From: the human T2T-CHM13v2.0 reference genome, Homo sapiens
DNA length: 64,000 bases
Assembly (NCBI RefSeq): GCF_009914755.1
Contig: NC_060937.1
Strand: one strand, 5' to 3'
Shown: positions 13,798 to 26,600 of the stretch, one piece after another
Layout: each line of letters opens with the position of its first letter
Position numbering within the stretch: position 1 is the first letter of the stretch
Notes under the pieces: generated by a model
Told to the model about the DNA's origin: nothing
What the model saw: the letters and a program-made list of their open reading frames with translations, nothing else
Database searches by the model: none
Position numbers and translations under genes: made by a program

Positions 13798-15407
13798 AAG
13801 GTTTTACACAAAGGAGTGTGGAAAAATTAGACTTTTGTTTTTTAATTCCTGTTCTGACTGAAGTGTGAAAAAAGGTTTGAAGGGGTCAAGAATATATTCA
13901 GGAGACCAGTTAAGGGGCTATTTAAATCATCATGATAAAAGATACCGATAGCTTGGACAAAGCCACTGGTAGAGATGAAGCAAAGTGAAACATTTCTAAA
14001 TATTTAGGTGTTAAACCTGAAAGACTTTGATAATGGATTTCAAATGGTGGTTGAAGAAGGAGGTTTAAGAATGACTGCCAGGTTTTTAGCTCATGCAGTT
14101 GGATGAATATGATATCAATTCTTGAGATAGGAATCATGAAGTCAGCAAGTTTGTGCATGGCATTTTGCTAACTGCAATGAACAATGCATTTAGAAATACC
14201 AGTAAGAATGGCTATCATTAGTGAGCATTTATTATGTGCCAGTCACTGCATAGACATTTTGTGTGCATTATCTTAATTAATATACGACACAAGCCTTGAT
14301 TTCTGAGATGGAAAAATCAACTCAGGCAAGCTAACTACAGAAGACTACATTGTTAAGGGTTTCAAAGCGTCTGGTACAATAAACAATACAGAATGCTTTC
14401 ACAGGAGAACATCAGAGAGGGTAATGTGGCCACAGAAGACAAGACAGAATAAAGGGAAAGGTAAGCTGAGGTCTAAAGATTGAGTAAGGCAGAAATAAGC
14501 ATGACTCCATCAGGAAGTTCACTTGGGAAAACAGTGGAGAAAAAGTTGAGTTGAAAGGGAGAGCCCAGATTATGAAGGCCCTTGAAAGTCTATAATTCAG
14601 ATTTTATAGAGAGAAAGGTTTGAATGTGAAAGGAACATGACTTTACATGATTTTAAAAAACCTGTCTGGCAACAAGGGAGCTTGAAGATGAGGAGGCCTG
14701 AGTTCCAGAGACTGCCTTGTTAGCATTTGTGTTTTCCAGGTAATAGGTCAGAGTTCTGGCCTACCTGGGAGGGAAAATCAACAAGGCTTAGTTTCATTGG
14801 TTGAGAATGGGGGAATGTGTCAAAGATAACTGAAGTTTCAGGAATGGGATTCATGGAATGATAGTTTCAAAGACAGCAGAGGGAGATGAGGAAGAGGAGA
14901 ATCACAAATCTGTTTAAGTATATTAATAATTAAAAGTAGTTTGTATCTGTTTGACCACAGAACTAATTTAAATTTCCAGAAGTATTACAGTAGATGAAAG
15001 CCTGCAAGTTAGGATATGTGATAGAATTACATGGGGAAGACAAAGAATGTAAGTATAAAAACTGAGGGGAATAAAGCATGGTAGTTATTGAAGAAAGTAG
15101 CCTAGAAATTATATGAAATATTATGTTTTTAAGATGCAATGGCAAAATAAAAAGAAAGCATTCCATTGCATTCTGTTGCTTCATTACAGATGCGCTGAAC
15201 AGTTGCTTATAAAAATCGTGCATTGGGTTCAACCTTTCAGATGAATAAAGGCTTTGTTCTGTCTTGGTCTCATCATGTAATCATCATACTTTTTTTTTCT
15301 CAAAATGTGGTATTTAGGGGAGGAAAATGTATGCTTGTTGTGTTTGCTCAATGCCATATGTTTTTGAGTTTTTGTTTTCAAGGCATACAGAAATGCTGTA
15401 GACTGGG

Positions 15408-15437
15408 AAATAAATAAATAAATAAATAAATAAATAA
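15408..15437. repeat. (AAAT)n microsatellite
   Basis: About 7 units. Confidence 0.9.
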
Positions 15438-16239
15438 CCCTTCCTAAACTTTCTCTTCTTCTGCTTTATCTCAGGAAACTCCAGCACCTCCTAGAACATC
15501 TTTTGTGGAATGGCACCTCATGGGGGCCCTTGGATCATGTACCCCTTGTATTCAACAGTAAACATCTTCCTATAATCATTGCTTCATTAACGATAATGTG
15601 AGCCAATGCACAGTATTTATCAAATGGCATCTAAGATGGTTAAAGCACACCTAATCCTCTCGTGGGTGCCTGCCAAGAGTAGAAAAGGGTAGTGTATAGA
15701 TATCAATTTTATTGTCCAGCATTCCCTAATCGAAGTCCCAAGTGGTCTGAAAACTTAGACGAAAGATAAATGGGCCGCAGTAATTAACCACTGCAATAAC
15801 AGATGTTATACAGGAAACCTGTGTGTGCCAGAGCTATAAGCATGTTTTGATTTTGAATACGCACTTGGGCTAGCACATTCTTCCTCAATAATGGAAATAT
15901 GTAAATGTTTTGTAAGGTATTAACTGCCATGGCAGACGTTGAATTATTTTTCCTTTAAAAAACATATACATATGCTTTGTCAGATAGTCCAAGGACTTCA
16001 GTTTCATGTACAACCTGGATTTCTTTGGAATCTGCGGAGTTTCACATTTTCCCAAGTGTTCACGGTGAAGCTCCTGGCTTCGAGCTGGCTGTCTTCAAGG
16101 GTGTTTTCTTGAGCTACCCCTCTCTCTGCTCTGCCAATTATGTGCCACTTTGTCTTGGTGCTATGATTGCTTTCTTCTGAGAGGGAAATTCCTCTTTCAT
16201 CAGTATGGATGCACTGTTTTTACACACTGCAAGTGCTGT

Positions 16240-16350
16240 GTTACTGTGTCAGTCATCCTATTAGGGCCAGTTTCAGACGAGTAGGGCTGACGAGCTGGCT
16301 GGGGATTGGCTGGCCCCGGCTGGGAGGGATTTGTCGGAAGGAAGGGCTGC
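16240..16350 (+). promoter_or_regulatory. Core promoter of the first exon (no TATA box or CpG island apparent)
   Basis: Inverted CCAAT (ATTGG, 16305-16309) ~45 bp upstream of the exon, CRE half-site TGACG (~16288), CArG-like CCTATTAGGG (16257-16266, one mismatch), GC-rich GGCCCCGGCTGGGAGGG. Confidence 0.6.
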
Positions 16351-16569
16351 AGCTTACAGCAACAGAGTTTAGACTGTCTTTGCTTCATCATCTGAAGGTA
16401 AAATTTTCCAGATACGGCAGACGGCTTTCAGAGTACAATAAACAGGGAATGAGAACTATTTACATGGAAGTTTCTTTCTCATGATGCGGTGGAGAAGCCT
16501 CGGCCACTTGGTTCTGCCAGATGTTCCTGGGGTTACTGTAAATGGGAAGGACAGGCAGAGCTAAACAAG
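16351..16569 (+). other. MBNL2: Non-coding first exon (5' UTR) of MBNL2
   Basis: AGCTTACAGCAACAGAGTTTAGACTGTCTTTGCTTCATCATCTGAAGG...GGCAGAGCTAAACAAG matches my recollection of the MBNL2 mRNA 5' end; it ends at donor AAG|GTAGGA (16569/16570) in repeat-free context. TSS approximate; identity not verified by alignment. Confidence 0.82.
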
Positions 16570-18666
16570 GTAGGAGAATCGCCCCCCTTTTTTGAATGTT
16601 TAAAGAGTTTGCTGCAGTATGCTGCATTCCATGTGTGCTGCTTACGGGAGCCAGGGAAACTGGATTCCACTAATTCAATTGTAATACTTGCGGGGGACCC
16701 TGGAGTTTTACGTAACATTTTGATTTGAGAAAAAGAAATGGCAAAGCTTGAATCTATGCCGCCTGTTTGGGGTGAGGCAAGAAATCGAGTTTTTATGCAA
16801 AGAATCGATTCATTTATTATATTATTTTTTAAAAACCATTTGAATTCTTTGGAGCAATCTTATTTTCTTGCTGTGAAAAATTGTTATATTGCCATAGCTA
16901 GTTCCCAAATAGATAAAGTTTACATGGATCCTATTATTTGAAAACAGACTTGCAATTAAGGATTAAAAAAAAATTCATGGTAAATAATCATCGGTTGAAT
17001 GTTTGGCCAAACGTATGTGTCTATTTATTAAAAATTAGGGACCTACCTAGCTCTACAATGCTACAGCTTTAATTGAGTTTCAAAAGCACATTTTAAACAA
17101 CCTAGCAAGAGGTAGCTTTCTGGCAAGTTTTCGATACTGTAGTTCAATGTTTACATTTCTTTTCCTGGCATGTCTGAGCCTTTGTTTCCAGCTTAAAAGT
17201 GGAACCATTATATTCAAAAGTAAAGCTGGGTTAATAATGCTTACTGCAATTATCTGATCTTTATGCATTTTTAATGAGAACACACAGCCAGCAGAATAAT
17301 TTAATGAGGGCAGGCTAGCTTTTAAAGCTGTGTTTTCACTATGCCGAACCATATCAACTTTCTCGCTGAGAAGCAGCAGTGAGAAATGATGGAGAAGATT
17401 TATTTTTAACACACTTGGCCCAGGAGAAGGAAAGGATATATTTGCTAAAGAATTCTTTCTGCCCTTTTCCGTTTTAAATTTCTGCCAGGCATGAGGAAAC
17501 TGTGCTTTTTTGTTAGGCCTCGGAAGCATGTGTTTACAATAAATGTGTAACATTTTTAGAATAGTTAGCAAGCACTGAAGCGAAGAAAAAAATCTGACTT
17601 GCCTAACCACCACCACCTTGAATGTTCTACAAGAAACATTACTGTCCCTTTAAAAGACAAAGGTTAAGTGGAAAGCTATTTGTTAATTGGGTAATGTGTG
17701 TGTTTTGGGGACAATAAGGTTTTTAAAAAAGGCAGGGGGAACATTCTTATAATCTTTAAATAAGAGGAAGTTTCTTCAGCTATCCTACTTGTTTTGCAAG
17801 GAGCAGTAGAACTACTCATTTAAATAAGGGCAATGCCACGTAGATTCTTCTAGACCCACTGTTTTTACTTTCAAGGAGAAGTGCAGGACACTAGCCCAGA
17901 ACTTCTGACGTCATCCCCCAACTATTTCTGCTGTGTGTTCCTTTATTCGAGCTTGTGGAGAGGAATATTTCTTTATGTCCTGGCCAGGAACATTCTAACT
18001 CCCCACTGGCAGGACTTAAGTTTTGTCTTTATATTTTCGCCTGTCTTTTGTAAATTGTAAACCTGTCCCCTCATAAATAGGGCATCTTCTTGTACCTGCC
18101 ACATGTCGGGCCGGTCAGCACAGGTTTTCTGCAGGGCTTCTGGCTGGGCTGGCAAAAAGCAGCAGGGAGCAGGGCAAAGCTTTTTTTCTGGCCTGACTCC
18201 CCCTTGCTGCAGCCCAGCGCTGCCACCTGGGTGGATGGTCCCCGGGGCCCTATTCCCAGTTGCTCCAGAGCCACTATTTAGGATCCAGGTTGTGCCACCA
18301 AGTTCAAGGCTGGTTGTGATGGTGAGAACAGCTGCTTTCATAGAAAAATCATCATGTCCTAGCACAGATGGCCCCAAGCAGGGGAAGTACAATACTGCAG
18401 GCTGCAAATCCATGTCACAGGTGGCAACCTTGGTCACAGAGATCGGGGGAAGGGTAATGTTTACAAAGGAACCTTTTAAAAAAGATTTTGACTGGAGCAC
18501 ATTGGAGTTCTCGGGAGTTCCCAAAGCTAATTTGTGTCTCCTCTCTGACTACTCACGTAGTTTTGAGCAAGTGCCTACCTTGATTTTTCTGTCTTTTAAT
18601 AGAATTGAATCATACTTGCTACACTTTCCCTCATCATTTAGCATTTTGAGACCTTGACCTTTTACC

Positions 18667-18688
18667 AAAAAAAAAAAAAAAAAAAAAA
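18667..18688. repeat. A22 homopolymer
   Basis: Pure A run with no adjacent Alu body. Confidence 0.9.
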
Positions 18689-21600
18689 GTTGTTTGTCTC
18701 TTGGCACATTGAGCTATTTAAAGTACAAAGGGATAAAACCTCGGTATTAAGAAACTGTTGGCAAACACCTTAGAGTATTAAGATACATAGTCATATACAC
18801 AAAACCCTTCACTCTACTTTGTGCTCATGTAAATTTTTTAGGGATACTTTTTCTTAGTTCAACAAATGAAATTTCCAAGGAAATCAAAGCGTTGTTGTTT
18901 GCATTTTTTCCATCGATCTAATCTAATATACTAGAAGCTCTGCAAAGCACACTATTCTGGCCACAGGCCTTGTAGTGCCCAAAACATTTAATGCTGTTTT
19001 TCCTTTGACTTTTGTGTTAAATTTGTGAAAGTGGAGTAAATAAGAGAAAAAACAAGAGGGAAGGAGAAAAATATGCTTGTGAAATATACTGGTTAGGTAG
19101 CTTTACTGGTTAACAGCCTGCCTTCTCTCTGCTAGTTGTTTCAATTTGCTGTTGCTATGGTGAAAACAAATCAATATCACATGGCTACCAGCCAGTCCCG
19201 CGCTCAGGGAGTGCCATAGAAATTCAAGATCAGGTACTCAAGATTCCAAGCAAGAATTGGGAAAAGAGGATTTAGATGCTGAGCTTAAGAGAATTCCTTA
19301 TAGTAGAATAAGTAGGTTCAATCTCTCATGCATTTTCTCTTCCTTTTTTCCTGTACTTTCCTACCGATAACAAGAAAAAGATGAAAAGGAAGGTATACTG
19401 ATTTGTTTACATTTCCAAAATGACAAAACAGATTATCAACATAGAAATAGGTTGGCAACATTGCAAGGGGTGAAGGATTCTGATTCGGGAAAAGGTGGAT
19501 AACTACAAGACATGTTGGTTGTTGAAAACATAGTTTTGGGGGCCTTTACCATCTTCAGGTACAGCTACATGTCAGAGCTGGCTGGGTTGTGCCAAGCAGA
19601 GAAACCTGGCAACTCTAGGGGGCAGGTGGGCAGTGGAGATAAAGGGGGTTATAAAAAGGTAGGGAGGTGTGGGCATAAAAATCAACAAGCAAGAAAGCCC
19701 AGAGAGAGCTGCAGGTCAAGAGTCAGGCCAGGCAAGCACAGATCCCTGGGGCATGGCAGAACAGGAGAGGACAGTTCGCCCTGTTCACGAAATCTGCTCA
19801 AGACCCAAGCTAAAGGCCTAGCAAAGAAAGGCAGGAAATAGCTGCAAAGAGAAGTAAAGGTGTCATGGGCCCAGGCATCCTTTCCGGAAGGGTCGACTCA
19901 ACTGGATGAGCATGGATGTCCACTGCTGGGGAGAGCAAAGAGCTTGATATTTTAATGCTTTGGTTTCTCTCAGAAGAATGAGGCAGGAAGACTTAACCGG
20001 GCTTTGTAAATTAGTTAACATACTATTTTTTTTTCTCCAGTTTTATACTCTTCTCAGTTTTTTTTTTCTTTTAAAAAATGTGCACAAACTATTTGTTGCA
20101 GCCGTGATAATATTCGTAGTAAAGAGCCAAAGGTGCTGCGTGGCTGGGTCTGCATCAGGCCTGGGCCTCCGACTGCACGGCTCCAACTACACAGTTGTTT
20201 ATGGAGACCAGTCCCGGCCTCCTCTGCTGAGAGTAAAAACAGGTGTGAAAGGTAAGGCCTAAGGGTTTCTTTTGTAAACCTGAGCTCTGAGGCTGATGGA
20301 CGAGTTTTGGGCTGGCCTGCCCTCCTCAATACAGCAGAAACGCTTGGTAATAAAAGTGGACTCAATAATTTACCTTAGTGTTTTGACAAAGAATGCATTG
20401 TCTGAATTATACTAGGTAGTATATTCCATCAATCAGTCAACAAGTGTTTATTAAACACCTCTGGGCTTCCCTGGCTTTTGCTATTTGGTGAGAAACCCAA
20501 CTCAGTAACCTAATACCTGCCTTTGTGTGTGTGTACAAAAATAAATGATGCAAAATTGTAAGTTTCAAAGACTTGAATAACTTTATTGGCTAATATTAAT
20601 TTAGCAATGTTAACCATCAGATTAATTTTAGGCTTGGGGCAGTTTTAGTGATTGGGGGAGAACAAGAGATGGACTTTTGAGTTTTAGGTATCTGTATGTA
20701 TGTACTTTCTTGACCTCTGTTATATTTCTCCAGATAAGTACTGTTTAAATAACATATAAAGATGTCAGATGAGCAATAGATAGATAAGAATGGTGCAAAA
20801 AAAAATCAAAATATGAAGCTACTGAGAGCAATTTCTGAGTCTCAGCATACTGAGTTTTGGCCCCAAAGTGCCTGGGGAAAATGGACATATCATCTAAAAA
20901 GCTGTAAATACCAGCCAACAACAGGAAGTCTTAGACTCCTGTCCCACACTTCTGAGCTGCAGGGTGTGGGGGAAGCCCCATGCCTTTATCTCACTGTCTC
21001 TATCTCTAGCAAGGAAACCTGTTTCCTGACTCTGCAGAATTTCGCTTTCCCCCTTTTTCCTTAAAAGCAGAGTTACAAAAAAAAAAACAAAAAAAAAATC
21101 AAAAAAAAAAATATATTTCCCTTTGAAACACTAAGTTTTGGGTTTATTTGTTGGTTTTACCCTAACATCACAGTTAGTGTGTATTCTCTGGGCACAGACA
21201 AGCTGCGAGGTTCAGGGACGCAGCCTGGGGGAGAGCTGAGAGAGGAGGCTGAGGATGTAGCCATGTTTATAGAACTCTTTTCAGGCATGGGTCTTGGCAG
21301 ACAGATGGGCAGGTCCAAGGTTTATGGGCATTGACTGCAAGCTGGTTGCTGTAGAAGAGCTCCAGGGTGGTACATGACCTCAGAGGAAAAAGGGAGGAGT
21401 CAAGAACACTGAAAATGCTGCGGCCGTTTGCAATCCACAATAGCAAGGAAACAAGATATTTACAAATGAGATAAGGATGGTTAAGCACTCAAATGTCTTC
21501 AGAAGGAGAATTAACATATGTGTAGTTTCTTACACTTTACAAAGGGCGTTCACAGGCATTATCTTAATTAGCAGTTCAAATAGAAAGTTAAAAAGTGGGA

Positions 21601-22563
21601 GTCTAAACTTAGGGCACTCTGGCAAGGATGTGCTGGGTAAAGCTGCTGGAGGAGATGCATTATAAACTGGATTTTTAAAACTTGGAGTTATTGATTTTTT
21701 TCCAGCAGCTAATTGACTTGAATTTTGAAGGACAGGAAAAACTTAGAACTGTCCCTGGGGGTGCACATGCTTGTCCCCAAATGCCTTCATGGGCAGCGTG
21801 TGCATTTAGACTAGACTTTGGGACCATTGGTAGCCTAGATGCCAAGGAAGAGCAAGAAGACAGGTTGATTTGCTTTGCTTTTTCAGCTCTGACTGCTAGG
21901 CATTCAAGCACAAAACCTGTGCTGGCTCTGCACCCCAAATGGTCACACAGAAGTAAGGTGCTTCTAGAACAGAAAATCCATGCGTAATTATGAATGGTCT
22001 GCAGATCTGGGAAAAACCAAAGTCTACAAGGAGACCAAAATTCAAAGCATTCAATTTTCCCATGAGAGCATCTCATTGAGTTCTCCTAAGCCTGTTACAG
22101 GGAGTTGGGGGGGAAATGAATATTTCAAGGGCATGTGTTAGAAACTGGCTGTTTTACATACATATCTCATATAATTTGAACCTAAGAAGAGCAGGAGAGC
22201 CCCACAAAGTTAATACTATCCCCAGCTGGCCAGTAGAAGAGAAGCTCTGAAAAGCTCTGACAGCCATGATCCCACAGCTAATACTTGGCTGAGCAAGTAT
22301 TTAAACTCAGGCCCATAAGACCCCCAAGCTGTATAGGTAGGTGACATTATGTTTTTCAGCTGAACGAATGAAATTGAGGACATAAAAATAATTCATTTGC
22401 AGAAAAAAAAGCTCAAGGTGGAGGTAGGAGATTAATTATTTTAAAACTCTCAGATGTACTTTATATAGTTTACATTATAATATGCAAATACTGAGTGTAC
22501 TAGTGATAGTAACATATATATATCTTACATGTATATATAATTTCAGTTTTTATATTTATTATC

Positions 22564-22865
22564 TTTTTTTTTTTTTTTTTTTGAGACAGAGTCGCACTCT
22601 GTTGCCCAAGCTGGAGTGCGGTGGCACTATCTCAGCTCACTGCCAACCTCTGCCTCCCAGGTTCAAGCGATTCTCCTGCCTCAGCCTCCCAAGTAGCTGG
22701 GATCACAGGCGTGTGTCACCACACCTGGCTAATTTTTGTATTTTTAGTAGAGACAGGGTTTCACCATATTGGCCAGGGTAGTCTCGAACTCCTGACCTCA
22801 GGTAATCCACCCGCCTCAGCCTCCCAGAGTGCTGGGATTACAGGTGTGAGCCACTGTTCCTGGCC
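22564..22865 (-). mobile_element. AluS (Sx/Sz-like)
   Basis: Full-length reverse Alu, T19 tail, TSD TATTATCT. Confidence 0.95.
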
Positions 22866-24051
22866 TATTATCTCTTTTAATGGTCACATTTTGCCCTCTG
22901 TTTTACAGATTCAATGAAAACTCAAATTGAGTAAGGTTAAGCAATGTGCTAAAAGTCTCATTGGCCACAAAAGTAGAAATAGTAGTCCTCAAACCTCTGG
23001 GAATCCACACGTGATATTTAATGAGATAAATGAAATTAAACTTCAGTCTGACTTGGAGTTTTCTTTTAATGGATGTTGCGTAATTGAGTAGAGCCCAACC
23101 CAAGCAATTTTGAGAAGACAGTAATATTTTTAATTAAGATATTGAATTATTCTAAAAATCTATAAATTTCTGGCATCCTAGATGCAAGCTTCAATTAATC
23201 AAACTTAAAGTATTGATGCAATATATATTGTCTAAATGATTTACTACATATAATTTTCAGTGTTCTCAGAGTTCAGGAAAGTGGAGCTCAGTTTGGGTGG
23301 GAGTAAGAGATAAGGCTTCCCACAGGAAGAGCTGCCTCCTCTGGGTCTGAATGGATGTATTTGGTCTGGATCCATGTCTCTAATGTGGTATGTCCACACC
23401 CCGGGCCAAGGGCAAGATTATTCACTTGGCAAGGAAATAGGTGAACTTCCATCTTATATATTATTTAGCTCATCCTTTAAAAATGTCAGTTTTCATGGAT
23501 GTTTGATAATGTGTGTAACATATTAGCAGGGTTATGCAAGAATAATATTTATAAAGTAACCATCCTTAGTGGTTGTTTCTGATCTAAAAAAAAACATTCT
23601 GATAAGAATGTATGATCAAAAATGTTTGGAGAGGCCAGTGGTCAAAATCTCAGGAAGGAGGAATAGCATGATGTGGTATAGTGGCCAGGAAGGAACCTTG
23701 ACCTTGGAGATGGAGATGAAGTGTTAGGGTGCAGTGGGGAATAAAGTTAGATGGAGGGGGTGGAGTCAGGATATGAATGAGCTGAAGGGCCCTGTGGAAG
23801 AGTTTAATTTCATTACCTATAACATCACATCTAATGCTTTATAAAGATTCAATTGGGACTTGTAAGATAGGGTTAGAGGTCAGAACATTTGTAACTAGTG
23901 ATGTCACCGGCTAGAAAACTTTCACAATATTCCAGGTACAAAGTGGAAAAGGGTTGCATTAGCATGACAAATGAAGGAGAAAGGGCAAATCCAAAAGGCA
24001 TCTTGAAGGAAAAATAATAGAACGCAGTGAGAGCTTAGAAGAGTGAAACTG

Positions 24052-24299
24052 GGCCAGGCACAGTGGCTCACGCCTGTAATCCCAGCACTTTGGTAGGCCA
24101 AGGTGGGTGGATCACCTGAGGTTGGGAGTTTGAGAGCAGCCTGACCAACATGGTGAAACCCCATCTGTACTAAAAATAGAAAAATTAGCCGGATGTGGTG
24201 GCACATGCCTGTGATCCCAGCTACTCGGGAGGCTGAGTCAAGGTAATCCCTTGAACCCAGGAGGCAGAGGTTGCGGTGAGCTGAGGTCACGCCATTGCA
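24052..24299 (+). mobile_element. AluSp/Sq-like, 3' end and tail deleted
   Basis: GAGGTTGGGAG, CCTGACCAAC, GTTGCGGTGAG diagnostics; ends at GCCATTGCA with no tail. Confidence 0.9.
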
Positions 24300-25284
24300 G
24301 AAATTCTAGGAGGAGTGATATCAATGGTACCCTGACAGAAATGGGAGTGGTCTGAAAAAGGGACCAATAAATGGGAATAGGGTTGAAGGAGGGTGGGCGA
24401 TGATGAGTTTTTAGACTTGAGAATGGTGTTTTTAGCTAATGATGAAACATCTAAGTGGAGATGTCTCATAAACATTTGACAATGTGGGAATGAAGAACAG
24501 CCTGGACAACAGGCTACAAATACAAGCTCAGACACACCTGTGTTGAAGCCGTAGTTGAAGCCATTGGTGCTCACACCTCGTGAAAGAAGGCAGCGTGAAC
24601 AGAGATAGGCAATGACAAAGGATGAATCTTGGGGAACATGGCAAGGGCCCAAAAGAGAATAAGAGCTAGCAAAGAATCAGAAAAATAAATACCCACAAAG
24701 GAGCAAAATTGTTTTTAAAAAATGAACAACCAATACTATTAAGCACCATAGCCTAATCTCCAGGATTCCATAAGAAAACAGTGTAGTCTCCTGGGTTGAA
24801 CTACTCTCCTGCACATAGCTTTTCCTCTCTGGCAAGGGTTTCTGGCTGTGGTCCTTTTGGGGCAAATATTGGTTCAGAATCTTGTTTAGAGCCACAGAAT
24901 ATTAGATAGTTAAGGGAACCTTCGTAGCTGTATCTCTCGTATATACAGTTGACTTTTTAAAAGTCGATCTTCACTAATAAGCAGAGAGAGTATTTAAAAA
25001 CCAATAATTATCAATACTTCTGCATCCATCTCTCAAAATGTATATATTTTGGGGATGTTACTGGTTAGAACAGTAATTCCAGAGTGATTGGAGATATCAC
25101 TTGACACTTGTCATCCTGTTCTCAAAGACCCTGGGGATTCATTTATTTCTGATTCTAGCAGTTCTCAATTGAACCCAGCCATAAGGACTTCTCTGAAGAA
25201 AATAGCCTTTCATGATGAGAAAGTACTTGAAGTATGCAAATAGATTGATGCCGTCACACCAGACACCTACCATAAGTAACCAGA

Positions 25285-25445
25285 CAGCACTTCTCAAACT
25301 CTCATGTGCCTGCGAATCACCTGGGGATCTCATTAAAAATGTAGACTCTGATTCAGTAGGGCTGGGCTGAGGTCAAGATTCTACATTTGTAACAGGCTCC
25401 AGGTGATAAAGCTGATGTTCATCCAGGAGGCTCCAGAATACAATA
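25285..25445. mobile_element. MER5A
   Basis: cagcacttctcaaact...gaatcacctggggatctcattaaaaatgtagactctgattcagtagg. Confidence 0.8.
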
Positions 25446-26429
25446 GCTGCTTTGGAAGTGTCACTGCCACAATGTGAGTGGCAGCAGATCACTGGGTCTG
25501 GGATGGCTCCTTGGAGGATCTTCTGGCAGTCTGGAGACTGGGACCTACCTCCTCCACACAGCAGGTCTTTCCAGGCTGTTCAGCCTCAGAGTGAAGCTGA
25601 GGTTGAACTGATATATCCCACCAGCCTTGCACCAATGTGGCTGGGGCTGAAGGCATGAAGCCAGGGACTTCAGCAGCTGCAAGCAGTTCTGTGACTACAC
25701 ACAGCCTGTCTCTGGCTATCTCCCCATTCCCGAGACGTCTATCTTCTCAGTGGACACAGACTCTCACAAGTTCCCCAAGAGATTTGGTTACTGCCTCCAG
25801 GGAAGGCTGTTGTGTTTATCTGTCTGCTCCAGAGTTGTTTTTTTTTTTATTATCCTAAGGAATATATGCATTATAAACCGGCCTTAGATTCCTTTTCTTC
25901 TGGATGGTGGTCAGAACTGGAGCCCAGAAGTCTGATGTGCCTACTTGCATCCTCACATCCTTGGTGAATTAGGTCCAGGAGCTCTGACACATTCATTCCC
26001 TAAGATGTAGATAGCGCCATTCTCTCCTCCTCATCTCCAAAGAATGTGAAGGATAGAGAGGAAGGGTTATATGCCATTAACATCGCATTTATTTAAAAAA
26101 TGCTAGTTTTAAAGTCTTGTAATAGAAACGACATTATGAGAAGAGACAGCTGTCTAACGAAGTAGCTTAAGTGAAATGCCCAGGCCTGATTGTTGAGTCT
26201 CATACCTTGTTATAGGTCATCCATCTCGTGCCCCTGTCTGTCCTCCCTCCTTTCAGATGCCTTGTTTTCCTGTGTGTCCCACATGTGGCCCCCTCTTTCC
26301 TAGAACCAGGAGTCAAGCTAAACTGATTTAGAGGAAGTGTTCCCTACCCAGATGCTCATTTAGTCCACACACAGATGGCCGGTATTTTTATGCATTTTTA
26401 ATTTACCAATAACCTTTTAGGAATGAAAC

Positions 26430-26600
26430 AGAACTAACATTTATTGAATTTATTGAGCACTTACTATATGGAAAGTCCTCCTCTGCTGATAGCTTCCTGT
26501 ATATCAACTCAGTTAAACCTTTTCATGAAGAAAATGAAGCTTAGAGAGACCAAGTTACTTGCCAAGGTTACAGAATAAGGGGTAAAACTCAAGATGGTAG
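26430..26600 (-). mobile_element. MIR fragment
   Basis: tttattgagcacttactat...gaagaaaatgaagcttagagag...aagttactttgccaaggttacag. Confidence 0.65.

Noticed and set aside
17080-17616. 178-aa minus-strand ORF antisense to intron 1
   Set aside because: Non-ATG start, no family resemblance; length is within chance expectation for 64 kb over six frames.
17973-18657. Overlapping opposite-strand ORFs of 183 and 184 aa
   Set aside because: No recognisable domain or exon structure; a locally GC-rich, stop-poor intronic stretch explains them.
19500-19850. Purine-rich segment with TATAAA and a 109-aa ORF
   Set aside because: Possibly an ancient LTR remnant, but I cannot assign it; the ORF has no recognisable homology.
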